50,092 nt of DNA from positions 1-50,092 of IMG/VR virus record IMGVR_UViG_3300031576_000068, one strand, 5' to 3'. The translations under genes were made by a program, and so were the position numbers. Below the pieces are notes generated by a model. The model searched no databases. It was not told where the DNA came from and worked only from the letters and a program-made list of their open reading frames with translations. How positions within the stretch are numbered: position 1 is the first letter of the stretch; every line of letters starts with the position of its first letter. This DNA is from a virus. Lineage: Duplodnaviria; Caudoviricetes. Below, piece by piece: positions 18,003-26,273 of this stretch.

Positions 18003-18314
18003 ATGGGACGGTGGCTCGCGCTATTCGCATTCGCCGTCCTGATCGGCGGCTGCTATTGCGGCAACGGTGGCCCGGGCGACTGGGCCGTCATCCGGCACAT
18101 CGAGTGCTGGCGGGGCAGCGTCCAGACCTATTCGGGCAAACTCATCCTCGATCGGTCGATGACGACGGGGCATGTGGCGCTCTCGACGTGCCCGCCAGAG
18201 GATCACGGGTACAGCGCGAAAAGGTGCCGGAGGAACAGCGACGTCTGCATCGTGACGGAGCCGCGCCCCGGAGAGCGGTGGGGCAGGACGCCCGTGCTCC
18301 TGGAGGGCGGATAG
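18003..18314 (+). CDS. Cys-rich putative lipoprotein (spanin or accessory)
   Basis: GGAGG RBS; MGRWLALFAFAVLIGGC signal with lipobox-like Cys; in lysis region. Confidence 0.55.
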   Translation: MGRWLALFAFAVLIGGCYCGNGGPGDWAVIRHIECWRGSVQTYSGKLILDRSMTTGHVALSTCPPEDHGYSAKRCRRNSDVCIVTEPRPGERWGRTPVLLEGG

Positions 18315-18323
18315 GGGGAAGCG

Positions 18324-18674
18324 ATGGAACTGTGGAACCGGATCAAGCGGATGTTCGGGCTCGCGGCACCGAAAGTCGTGGACGCCCTAGAAATGGCCAT
18401 CAAGTTTCTGGCGCCCTATGCGGCGCGGTTCATCTTGGACATGGCCGTCAAGAAACTCGGTGCCACGGCGAAACGGGAGCGGGTTCTCGAACGCCTGCGC
18501 GATCAGGCGGCCGCGGCTGGGATCAGGCTGCCCGACTCGATTCTGTCGCTCTCCCTGGAGGCCGAGTATTCGAGGCTCAAGGCCGAAGGGCTGATCCCCG
18601 GCAAGGATCCCGGAGCGTTGCTCGCCGCGCTCCCGAAGATCCGGAAGGCGCTGGCGACGAGGACTGGGCCGTGA
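18324..18674 (+). CDS. Lysis-region protein resembling LL-H holin cytoplasmic region
   Basis: AKRERVLERL...GIRLPDSILSLSLEAEY pattern. Confidence 0.4.
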   Translation: MELWNRIKRMFGLAAPKVVDALEMAIKFLAPYAARFILDMAVKKLGATAKRERVLERLRDQAAAAGIRLPDSILSLSLEAEYSRLKAEGLIPGKDPGALLAALPKIRKALATRTGP

Positions 18675-18979
18675 AGGACGCCCTTCGAGCCACCGCATGG
18701 TGGCTCCTGCGGGCGGTCATCTTCCGGATCCCGGTCGTCCGCCGTTTCCTGACGGATCTGGTGATCAGCGTCGAAGGGGGGCTATCCCCCGTCGGGTGCC
18801 TCTCCCGGGCCATCACGCAGGCCATCCCGGGCAACCACGACGATCAGATCGCGGCCGAGCTCGTGGAGATCCCCGCCGGCCAGTGGCTCAAGACCCGGGG
18901 GTCCCACCTGACCCTCCCAAGCGGCCGGACCCTCCTGGCTGAGTACCAGGCCATCCGGGAGAGCGTGCGGGGGGACTGA
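18671..18979 (+). CDS. Hypothetical protein, last gene of late operon
   Basis: GTGA overlap with upstream gene; converges on integrase. Confidence 0.5.
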   Translation: MKDALRATAWWLLRAVIFRIPVVRRFLTDLVISVEGGLSPVGCLSRAITQAIPGNHDDQIAAELVEIPAGQWLKTRGSHLTLPSGRTLLAEYQAIRESVRGD

Positions 18980-19016
18980 GCCGTAGAACGTGGTGTTTCC
19001 GCCCCCATGCTCCCCA

Positions 19017-20738
19017 CTACTCAGCCTCGCGCCGCACGCCGATCGCCCAGCACCGGCCAACCTCGTGAGCCGATTCGAACACCTCACTGGGCAAAACGGC
19101 GAATCCGGCGTAGATTGCGGCCCCGAAGGTGCCACGGAAGGCCCGGCCAGGCCGCCCTGGTGGGCGCCAGGCTCGCTTGGGGAGCCATGCAGGCCCCAGG
19201 CGCCCACCCTTCCGGGGGAACGCGACCTGGGGCCTTTCTGCGCGTTTCCAGTCCACATGCGCCCGGTCCGGCCAGACGGCGATCCCCTGAACCATCTTCC
19301 GCGCCAGGTCGCGCGCCGCCGCGCCCGCCGGTTCCTCCTGAAGCATCTCCCGCACGCGCTCCCTGAGCCCGCGCACCCGCGCCTCGGACCATTCGAGCCG
19401 CACGCGCGGGCGACGCGCCTCCACCAGGGCCGCCTCCCGATCCCGCTGCGCCGCGCGCAACTCCTCGATCCGGTCCATGAGGGGGCCCGGGTCGCCCCGC
19501 CCCGTCTCGATCGCGCGCACGAGCCGGGCCACCTGCCCCGCCAGCGTCCCGATCTCCTGCTCCAGGCGCCGGACCCTCTCCGAGCCGCCGTTCGCCCGAC
19601 GAAGCTCGATCCGGTTGTAGGTTGCGACCATCCGGCGCACGCTCTCCGGAGTGAGCAGGACGTCGGTCACCACGCGCAGGATCTCCCGATCGAAGTCCGC
19701 CATTCGCACGCGCACCCCCGGGCACCCCTGCTTCCCCGCCCGGCGATTGGAGCGGCAGCCGTAGTAGGCGTGGCGGCTGGAGCGGCCCTTCCCCGTCTCG
19801 AGCTGGAGCGCCGCGCCGCACAGGCCGCAGCGCAGGAGCCCGGAGAGTAGCCCGCGGCCGCGCACGGCCGGCAGGCCCGCGCAGGTCCTGGCATCAAGCC
19901 GCTCCTGGGCGGCGCGCCACGCGGCCTCGTCAATGATCGCCGGGTTGGCCCCCGGGACCGTGACCCATTCCTCACGGGCCTTCATGTTCTGACGCCTGCG
20001 CCACCCGCGCCGGTTGAAGATCGCAATCCCGGCGTTCCTGGAATTGCGGAGAATCCCGAGAATCCCGTGACTCGTCCACACCCCGCCCCGCCTTGTCCGC
20101 AGCCCATCGGCTGAGAGCGCCTGCGCGATCGCCTTCCCGCCGAGCCCCTCTCCGTGAAGCCGGAACATCCGCTCGACGGTGGGGCCCTCGGCCGGATCGA
20201 TCTCCAGGCGCGCCTTCGGGTTCCCGGCTTCATCCTTCACCGCCACGAATCGGAAGCCGAAGGGAGCATTGCCACCGTTCGCGTAGCCGCGCCTGGCGTT
20301 CTCGATCATGCCGCGCAGTGTCACCCGCGAGAGGGCGCGCGAGTAGTATTCGTCGATCACCTCGAGGATCGCTTCTTGCAGGAACCCGCCCTCGTCGTCC
20401 TGGCTGATTTGCTGGGAGGCGTAGAGGACCTTCACTCCGCGGCGGTGGAGGACGCCCTTCATGACCACGGCGTCTTCGCGGTTCCGGGCGAAGCGGGAGG
20501 TGTCGTAGCAGAGGAAGGCCTTCACGCCGGGCGTCTCCAGGCAGTAGTCGATCGCGCGCTTGAACGCGGGGCGATCGGCCGTGCGCGCGCTCTCGCCGGC
20601 GTCCTCGAACACCCGCGCGATCTCGAAGCCCTGATCGGCGGCGAACTTCCGGATAGCGGCGAGCTGGGACGGTAGCGACAGGTCCTTTTCGGCCTGGCGG
20701 TCGGTGGAGACGCGGAGATAGGCGATCGCTTGCTTCAT
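19017..20738 (-). CDS. Large serine recombinase (integrase)
   Basis: YLRVST catalytic Ser, DAGESA, SRFAR, GNAPFGF recombinase domain, LLSGLLRCGLCG...YYGC zinc ribbon, coiled coil. Confidence 0.96.
   Translation of the reverse strand: MKQAIAYLRVSTDRQAEKDLSLPSQLAAIRKFAADQGFEIARVFEDAGESARTADRPAFKRAIDYCLETPGVKAFLCYDTSRFARNREDAVVMKGVLHRRGVKVLYASQQISQDDEGGFLQEAILEVIDEYYSRALSRVTLRGMIENARRGYANGGNAPFGFRFVAVKDEAGNPKARLEIDPAEGPTVERMFRLHGEGLGGKAIAQALSADGLRTRRGGVWTSHGILGILRNSRNAGIAIFNRRGWRRRQNMKAREEWVTVPGANPAIIDEAAWRAAQERLDARTCAGLPAVRGRGLLSGLLRCGLCGAALQLETGKGRSSRHAYYGCRSNRRAGKQGCPGVRVRMADFDREILRVVTDVLLTPESVRRMVATYNRIELRRANGGSERVRRLEQEIGTLAGQVARLVRAIETGRGDPGPLMDRIEELRAAQRDREAALVEARRPRVRLEWSEARVRGLRERVREMLQEEPAGAAARDLARKMVQGIAVWPDRAHVDWKRAERPQVAFPRKGGRLGPAWLPKRAWRPPGRPGRAFRGTFGAAIYAGFAVLPSEVFESAHEVGRCWAIGVRREAE
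19159..19208. other. Putative attP inside integrase 3' end
   Basis: 50-bp inverted repeat GGTGGGCGCCAGG...CCAGGCGCCCACC (12/13) centred on AG 19183-19184 within GGGGAGCCA. Confidence 0.6.
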
Positions 20739-20849
20739 GCTCAAACCCACGGTTGACTCGGCCCCGGGACCGTGTTAGGTAGTGGCACCGCCTTGTCAGC
20801 CCAAGGCCCGCCTGGATCGCCAACCCATCGTTTCCGCCGGGGAATCCCG

Positions 20850-21563
20850 ATGGTCCTCTCTCCCAAGGATCGGCTGATCTTTCCCCTCGATGTTCCCGAT
20901 GTCCGGGAAGCCCGCCGCCTCATCGAACTGCTGAAGGACGAGGTCGGGCTGTTCAAGATTGGGCTCCAGCTTTTCACCGGCGAGGGCCTCCGCGCAGTTG
21001 GTCAGATCGCCAGCGAGCGCCCCACAGGGATCTTCCTCGATCTGAAGATCTTCGACATCAGCAACACGGTGAGCAGCGCGGCCCGCCAGCTCCACGGGAT
21101 GGAGATCGCTTTCCTCACCTTCCCGGCGGACCAGGGGCGAGCGGCCCTCGAGTCCGTCGTCAAGAACCGTCCCATCCCGGGCAGCAAGGTACTCGCCGTA
21201 ACGGTCCTCACGAGCCTTGACGAAGAGGGCATGCGCGAGGTGGGGATGTCCAAGTCGGTCCAGGAGGTCGTTCTGCTGCGCGCCGAGCTCGCGCGCGACG
21301 CCGGGTGTGACGGGGTTGTGTGCTCCGGCCTCGAGGCGCGCGCCGTCCGCGAGAGGATGGGCCCGAAGTTCATCGTCGTCTGCCCTGGGATCCGACCCTC
21401 CTGGTACCGGGAACCCGATGATCAGCGCCGGGTCACGACTCCGAGTGAGGCAATAAGGAACGGCGCCGATTACGTAGTGGTCGGTCGGCCAATCCGACTC
21501 GCCAAGGATCCAGCCGACGCGGCGCGGCGCGTTGTCAGTGAGATCGCGGAAGCTCTCCAGTAG
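20850..21563 (+). CDS. pyrF: Orotidine-5'-phosphate decarboxylase
   Basis: 237 aa; RLIFPLD, FKIGLQLF, DLKIFDISNTV (DxKxxD), AVTVLTS, DGVVCS, PGIRP, DDQRR, GADYVVVGRPI. Confidence 0.95.
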   Translation: MVLSPKDRLIFPLDVPDVREARRLIELLKDEVGLFKIGLQLFTGEGLRAVGQIASERPTGIFLDLKIFDISNTVSSAARQLHGMEIAFLTFPADQGRAALESVVKNRPIPGSKVLAVTVLTSLDEEGMREVGMSKSVQEVVLLRAELARDAGCDGVVCSGLEARAVRERMGPKFIVVCPGIRPSWYREPDDQRRVTTPSEAIRNGADYVVVGRPIRLAKDPADAARRVVSEIAEALQ

Positions 21564-21591
21564 AGAGCCCACGCGGAGCAGACAGCTTGAT

Positions 21592-21804
21592 CTAGGAGCT
21601 AACCCACCCGTGCTCGGGATCGGGGACGAAGATCATCGCCCCGACATGGGACGTCACCATCTTTCCGTCCGGGCCAGTGCCATGCCTCAGGCCCTCCCAC
21701 TTCACGAGCCATCCGCCAGGCACGCTCACACGTTGATGCGTATCCATCTGTGCCGCTGACGGCGTCGGCGGGTCAATCCTTTCCCATCTCAGTTCGACTG
21801 CCAT
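21592..21804 (-). CDS. Small conserved-looking phage hypothetical protein
   Basis: GGAGGT RBS, ATG 21804; RVSVPGGWLV...FVPDP motif. Confidence 0.65.
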   Translation of the reverse strand: MAVELRWERIDPPTPSAAQMDTHQRVSVPGGWLVKWEGLRHGTGPDGKMVTSHVGAMIFVPDPEHGWVSS

Positions 21805-21857
21805 TCTTTTACCTCCATGCCCCCCTCGGTGATTTCCCGCGCGCCCTTGCGTTCCCA

Positions 21858-22005
21858 CTACGGTGACTTCGTTCCCCGCATACCGGTGTATGGATTGACG
21901 TTCCCGTTGGTGGACCAATTGTCGAGCATGGTAGAGTTCGGTGCTATCCTCATGTGCGGCTGCACGTAGGTTCCACAGGCTGCATATAAAACGAGGGTGC
22001 TTCAT
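21858..22005 (-). pseudogene. Frameshifted remnant of small secreted GTYVQPH...GNVNPYTG family protein
   Basis: +1 frame after ATG AAG reads TLVLYAACGTYVQPHMRIAPNSTMLDNWSTNGNVNPYTGMRGTKSP*. Confidence 0.65.
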
Positions 22006-22092
22006 GGGGGGCTCCGCTAATTTGCTGTCATCTAACCATCAGCTACACATTCCACGCGGGCGTGCACGTATGGAATGCACGATATAGAAGCT

Positions 22093-22422
22093 TCAGTTCT
22101 CGGGCTTGAGCAGCGCTTCATAGTAAGCTCGAGCAACGGCCGCATATAGTTCAAAAAAGGCCGTGGTGAGCTCGGAACGTTGTGAGCTAGAGAGTCGTTC
22201 GATCCGCTCTGCATATGTTCCTTCCCCGGAAGTGAGCGCATCAATCTTATCCAAATAGACCGCGCTCCTATCTGGCAACGGATCGTCCGGACGCATTCTG
22301 AACGCAAGATTGAATTCGTTCATTGCAAATGCCAATCGCTCACCAACAGAAGTGTTAAGCGACATCAGGGACCTTATTGAGGCGCCAAGCTTCTCGTACT
22401 GATAGCCGTGTTTTATTGACAT
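22093..22422 (-). CDS. Hypothetical helical protein (lower GC, immunity-region accessory)
   Basis: AAGGAG RBS, 109 aa, overlaps upstream gene end. Confidence 0.6.
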   Translation of the reverse strand: MSIKHGYQYEKLGASIRSLMSLNTSVGERLAFAMNEFNLAFRMRPDDPLPDRSAVYLDKIDALTSGEGTYAERIERLSSSQRSELTTAFFELYAAVARAYYEALLKPEN

Positions 22423-22931
22423 CGAGGCCACTGCTCCTTCATCGTCCGCAGGATACCCGCCTCCGCCCACGCGAAGATCTGGTTGAGGCGCGTCCGCCGC
22501 TCGTCTTCGCTGATCGAATCAGGCGAGTGATGGTAGTCTCCGATCCTCGCCTTCCCCTCCGCCACTCGTGCTATCTTGCGCTGGATGACCCGGCAGCGGC
22601 CGCGCTTCAGGCCGTAGCCGGTCTCCCGTTCTATCCGCCCATGCCAGTCGAGGAACTCTTCCCACCGATCCGTCTTGTCAAGGGTGGCGAGAATGAGCGC
22701 GCCGATCGAGAGAAGAGCCTGCTTCGTCTCGCGTCCCGAGAGCGCCTTCCGGTTGTCCTCCATGAAGGCGAGCATTTCAAGAGAAGCCTCAAAACCCTCC
22801 CGATAGAGCCTGCCTGCGATCACCGCCTGCGCGAGGTAGAGCCATGTCGGATGGGCCAGGAGCGCGCGGAAGCGGGGAAGGGTGAGCGCGGTCGGGAAGA
22901 GTCCGCTGCGGGCGAGAATTATGGGAAGCAC
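22413..22931 (-). CDS. Hypothetical protein in repressor operon (start uncertain)
   Basis: Long ORF co-oriented with repressor; GTG just after upstream stop. Confidence 0.5.
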   Translation of the reverse strand: MLPIILARSGLFPTALTLPRFRALLAHPTWLYLAQAVIAGRLYREGFEASLEMLAFMEDNRKALSGRETKQALLSIGALILATLDKTDRWEEFLDWHGRIERETGYGLKRGRCRVIQRKIARVAEGKARIGDYHHSPDSISEDERRTRLNQIFAWAEAGILRTMKEQWPRCQ

Positions 22932-22935
22932 AGAT

Positions 22936-23331
22936 TCATTCCTCGATGCTGAAACCCCACGCTTCACCATACCTAGCCAACTTCTTTCCGGAGTATCCGT
23001 CATAGATATTCACATGAAGCCCTGGCGAAACGCAGCGCTGGAGCGCCACCGCGATCATCTTCTTTTCCTGAAGGGTCGAGGCGTACCACTGCCGTGACAC
23101 GTACACGTCGTAGCCATCGGGGCTTACTTGCATGATGAAACCCATGCGCTTCATATCTTCGATCGGCTCGCGCCCTCCTGGAGGGCACGGCGTTTTGGTT
23201 ACCCGCGCGGGTGCGCTCTGTCGATTATCCGTGCTGTCGCTGCTACATTTCCCAATCAGAAGCAGAAGGGCAATTCCACCAAAGATGAGAGTCCCACAAC
23301 CAGGCCCGGTTTTCTTATCGCCAGTTGTCAA
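22936..23331 (-). CDS. Membrane-anchored protein, superinfection-exclusion candidate
   Basis: N-terminal TM (LIFGGIALLLLIG) then soluble domain; directly downstream of repressor. Confidence 0.6.
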   Translation of the reverse strand: MTTGDKKTGPGCGTLIFGGIALLLLIGKCSSDSTDNRQSAPARVTKTPCPPGGREPIEDMKRMGFIMQVSPDGYDVYVSRQWYASTLQEKKMIAVALQRCVSPGLHVNIYDGYSGKKLARYGEAWGFSIEE

Positions 23332-23348
23332 GAGAGTTTTCCCGTCTC

Positions 23349-24008
23349 CTATCGCCGTCTTCTCACATCCACCACCCGCATCATCTTCCGAATCTCAGAC
23401 CTCGGAACCACGATCGGCTCGTAGGCCGGGTTCACGGATTGAAGGATCAGCACGTCGCCCTTCGGGTAGACCGCCTTCAGGTACGCCTTCCCGTCCCGCA
23501 TCTGCACGAGGGCTTCATCGCCTGTTCTCACCCGCGCGAGCCTCGGCGAAATGATCACCACGTCGCCGTCCCGAAGAGAAGGGACCATCGAGTCACCGCG
23601 GACTCGGAGGGCGAAGGCGTGGGGATCCCGCAGGTCCGCATTCCCGGCCACGTACTCATCCCCACCACCGACGGGCAGGCCCTCGTCCGTCCAGGCGATC
23701 CGCGAGGGACCAGCGGAGACGTGGCCGATGATGGCGATCATGCTGGGATCACCGGCTTCCCGGACGAGGCTTGCTCCATCGTTCCCATAGAGAGCCGCCC
23801 TTAAGATCCCTGATGCGCCCAACTTTTCACATAATCGTCGAAGCAGCTTGAGCGACGGCTTTCCACGGCCATTTTCTATCATGCTCAACCAGACTTCCGA
23901 AATCCCTAGAGTTTCCGCCAAGCTGGCCTGTGATATGTCAGCCTTCTCCCGCGCATCGGCTAGGAGTTGCCCGAGCTTTTCCAAAGGGATCTGGTAGTCC
24001 TGATCCAT
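23349..24008 (-). CDS. CI-like repressor (XRE HTH + S24 peptidase)
   Basis: ISQASLAETLGISEVWLSMIENG HTH; VSAG cleavage site; FALRVRGDSM and YLK catalytic Ser/Lys. Confidence 0.95.
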   Translation of the reverse strand: MDQDYQIPLEKLGQLLADAREKADISQASLAETLGISEVWLSMIENGRGKPSLKLLRRLCEKLGASGILRAALYGNDGASLVREAGDPSMIAIIGHVSAGPSRIAWTDEGLPVGGGDEYVAGNADLRDPHAFALRVRGDSMVPSLRDGDVVIISPRLARVRTGDEALVQMRDGKAYLKAVYPKGDVLILQSVNPAYEPIVVPRSEIRKMMRVVDVRRRR

Positions 24009-24009
24009 G

Positions 24010-24142
24010 AAACTCCCGCTTTATGTACGCCCACAACCTCCCCCAAACTCTAGGTTTTTTCAACCGAAAGAATTTATTTAAGTTTCCGCTTGACAGGCCG
24101 AAACGAAAGTCATAGTCTCGCTTTAACCTAAACTGCTGCTTT
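24010..24142. promoter_or_regulatory. Three putative operators AAAC-N5-(C/G)TTT
   Basis: AAACTCCCGCTTT 24010-24022, AAACTCTAGGTTT 24045-24057, AAACTGCTGCTTT 24130-24142 between cI and cro. Confidence 0.5.
24090..24118 (+). promoter_or_regulatory. Sigma70-type rightward (PR-like) promoter
   Basis: TTGACA-17 bp-TAGTCT with AT-rich upstream tract. Confidence 0.75.
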
Positions 24143-24159
24143 ATCCCGAGGCTCACCGG

Positions 24160-24405
24160 ATGCGGACTCCCTTGAAAGCCTGGCTCGAAGAAAAGGCGGT
24201 CACGAACCGCGAACTGACGCGGCGCGTGAGCCGGATCCGAAAACGGAAGATCACCGAGCAGCGCATCGGGCAGATCGCCTCCGGGGAAAGTCCCTCGCCG
24301 TCGCTTGCCCGTGCGATTGCAAGGGCCACCGGACTTTCGGAATTGGATCTCCTATATCCGAAGAACGTTCCTGCCGTCCCGAAGCAGCCCGAGGCCCAGC
24401 CATGA
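24160..24405 (+). CDS. Cro-like HTH regulator
   Basis: 81 aa, divergent from cI; ITEQRIGQIASGESPSPSLARAIARATGLSELDLLY. Confidence 0.85.
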   Translation: MRTPLKAWLEEKAVTNRELTRRVSRIRKRKITEQRIGQIASGESPSPSLARAIARATGLSELDLLYPKNVPAVPKQPEAQP

Positions 24406-24566
24406 GCGCGATTTCGCTCCACTGTGATTGTGGCGCCGCGTTGATCCTGCGTGCGCCGGATGCCGACAGACTGATCGCCGCCATAGATGCGAGCGGTTGG
24501 AGGGATCGGCCCACGTCCGATCTCTGCCCAAAGTGCAGGGCAACTTATGAAGAGGCCACGCCATGA
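24402..24566 (+). CDS. 54-aa zinc-finger-like protein (not in ORF track)
   Basis: HCDCG...GW...LCPKC; ATGA overlaps at both ends. Confidence 0.65.
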   Translation: MSAISLHCDCGAALILRAPDADRLIAAIDASGWRDRPTSDLCPKCRATYEEATP

Positions 24567-25173
24567 CGCGCTCATTCGCGCCGCCCGAGCCGGGCTTCGT
24601 CCTCGTCTATCAGGACGGTCGCCTGTATCCCGTGGCCACGTTCGGCCCGCACGAGTTCGCCCGTGCTATCGCGGAGGCACGCATGCACCGGCTCTCGAAG
24701 CTCACAGACATCCGAAACAGCCGCGGGGTGCCGGTCTGGTTCGGCACGAACGGGGCGAATTGATGATTCGGATCAACCAGCACGGCCTCTACCGCTACGT
24801 CCCCGGCCCGGGGTTCGTGCTCTGGCAGCGCATCCCCTCAGCGCTGGACTTCCGGCGCCCGGACGCACGAATGGGGAGACGGTCCCCGGAACGGGACGCA
24901 CCTCCCCCGGCGGCGAGCATGGGCCCTCCGGCCGAGAAAGTCTCAACAAACCTTTGCGTATAAGTCGGGATTGACAATGCCCCGAGTCGCCAGCCATGCC
25001 GCAGATCGAACCCGCGCTGCTCGCATCGAGCACCTGGGCGAGCCGGACCCGCAGGGCGAGGCGATGGACGACTTCCTCCAAACCCTCGCGGTGGACGTGG
25101 AAGAGGGGCGACTGTGCAGCGAGTGTTTTGGGGCGGTGAGTAATCACCGAGTTTATTGCGGAACGGTTAAGAC

Positions 25174-25716
25174 ATGAACGGCTTACAAATTCCTCAATTA
25201 CAAAACACACAAGATCGCGCGATCATGTTCGCTAGATTTTGGTCAAAGGTGAGAATTGTCGCCGCAAACGATTGCTGGCTGTGGTTGGGTTGTAAGGACA
25301 AGTCAGGATATGGCCGATTTCGCGCCCGCGCGGCAAGCGAGGTCCGCTACGCACATAGAGTTGCTTATACCATTGCTGTGGAACCAATTCCTGATGGCGT
25401 CCTAATTTGTCATCGTTGTGACAATCCGCCGTGCTGCAATCCTAGTCATCTGTTTATTGGCACGCACGCAACCAATAGTCTTGATTGCGTCGTTAAAGGA
25501 CGCAGTAATCACGGAGAACGCAATCCTAATGCTCGCCTGACAATAAATATGATCGAAAGGATCCTGGCTTTGTTGGCGGATGGTAAATCGCCGGTCGAGG
25601 TTGCGTCACTAGCGCGGGTGACTCCTGACACAATCTATCTCATAAGAGCTAAAAAAATATGGCGTAGAGAAATGCAAAGCATCGGAATGCTCACGCCGTA
25701 CCGTGCAGGGGGATGA
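25174..25716 (+). CDS. HNH homing endonuclease
   Basis: FWSKV, CWLWLG, GYGRF, AHRVAY, CHRCDNPPCCNPSHL; visibly AT-richer than flanks. Confidence 0.93.
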   Translation: MNGLQIPQLQNTQDRAIMFARFWSKVRIVAANDCWLWLGCKDKSGYGRFRARAASEVRYAHRVAYTIAVEPIPDGVLICHRCDNPPCCNPSHLFIGTHATNSLDCVVKGRSNHGERNPNARLTINMIERILALLADGKSPVEVASLARVTPDTIYLIRAKKIWRREMQSIGMLTPYRAGG

Positions 25717-25719
25717 TCT

Positions 25720-25854
25720 GTGAAGCTGCCCACCCTCTCCGACTTCAAGGCGGTTCTCGCAGCGCCGTTCTCCTGCCCGTGGTGCAACCAGGAAGATGGA
25801 ACTCATTCGCCGGGCTGTCCATCGCTCGGGGACGAGGAAGAGGAGGACGCATGA
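25720..25854 (+). CDS. 44-aa Cys/His protein (not in ORF track)
   Basis: CPWC...HSPGCP; stop overlaps ATG 25851. Confidence 0.5.
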   Translation: MKLPTLSDFKAVLAAPFSCPWCNQEDGTHSPGCPSLGDEEEEDA

Positions 25855-26117
25855 TCCACCCCGACGTGATCGAAACGCTCACCGCCTACTGGCGCACGGG
25901 CAGGCGCACCGGCGACTTCATGCGCGCCGTGCTGGCAAACGATCTGTTCGGCGCGTTCGGTCGGGCTGACCGGGAGAACCGCGCGACGCTCGGGGACATC
26001 GTCGCGTGGATCTGGGAGCGCCTGCCCGCGAAGTCCTACGGCTCCTACGAGGCCGTGGACATGTGGATCGAGCAGCGCGGGCTTGAAGGAGAGGGGGGCG
26101 CTCATGCTCAGGAGTGA
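25851..26117 (+). CDS. Conserved-looking phage hypothetical protein
   Basis: GAGGAGG RBS; GDFMRAVLANDLFGAFGRAD...YGS motif. Confidence 0.7.
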   Translation: MIHPDVIETLTAYWRTGRRTGDFMRAVLANDLFGAFGRADRENRATLGDIVAWIWERLPAKSYGSYEAVDMWIEQRGLEGEGGAHAQE

Positions 26118-26273
26118 CCGAGAACAGGTACACGGCGATTTCAGGCGCGACGTGGACAGCCTCGCGCCCGTCGGCGGCTGGTTCGCCAACGTGATCATCC
26201 CGCTGTTCGCCGCGATCTCGTGGGCCGCGATCGTCGGGCTCCTGGCGCTCGCGTTCGCCGTGCTGGTGCGGAC

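Noticed and set aside
19067-19086. tRNA T-arm-like GTTCGAATC on minus strand as tRNA or att site
   Set aside because: Stem mismatched and no cloverleaf; the 19159-19208 inverted repeat is a better attP, though a relic site is not excluded
20754-20785. pyrF promoter (TTGACT...)
   Set aside because: Good -35 but no convincing -10 at 16-18 bp spacing
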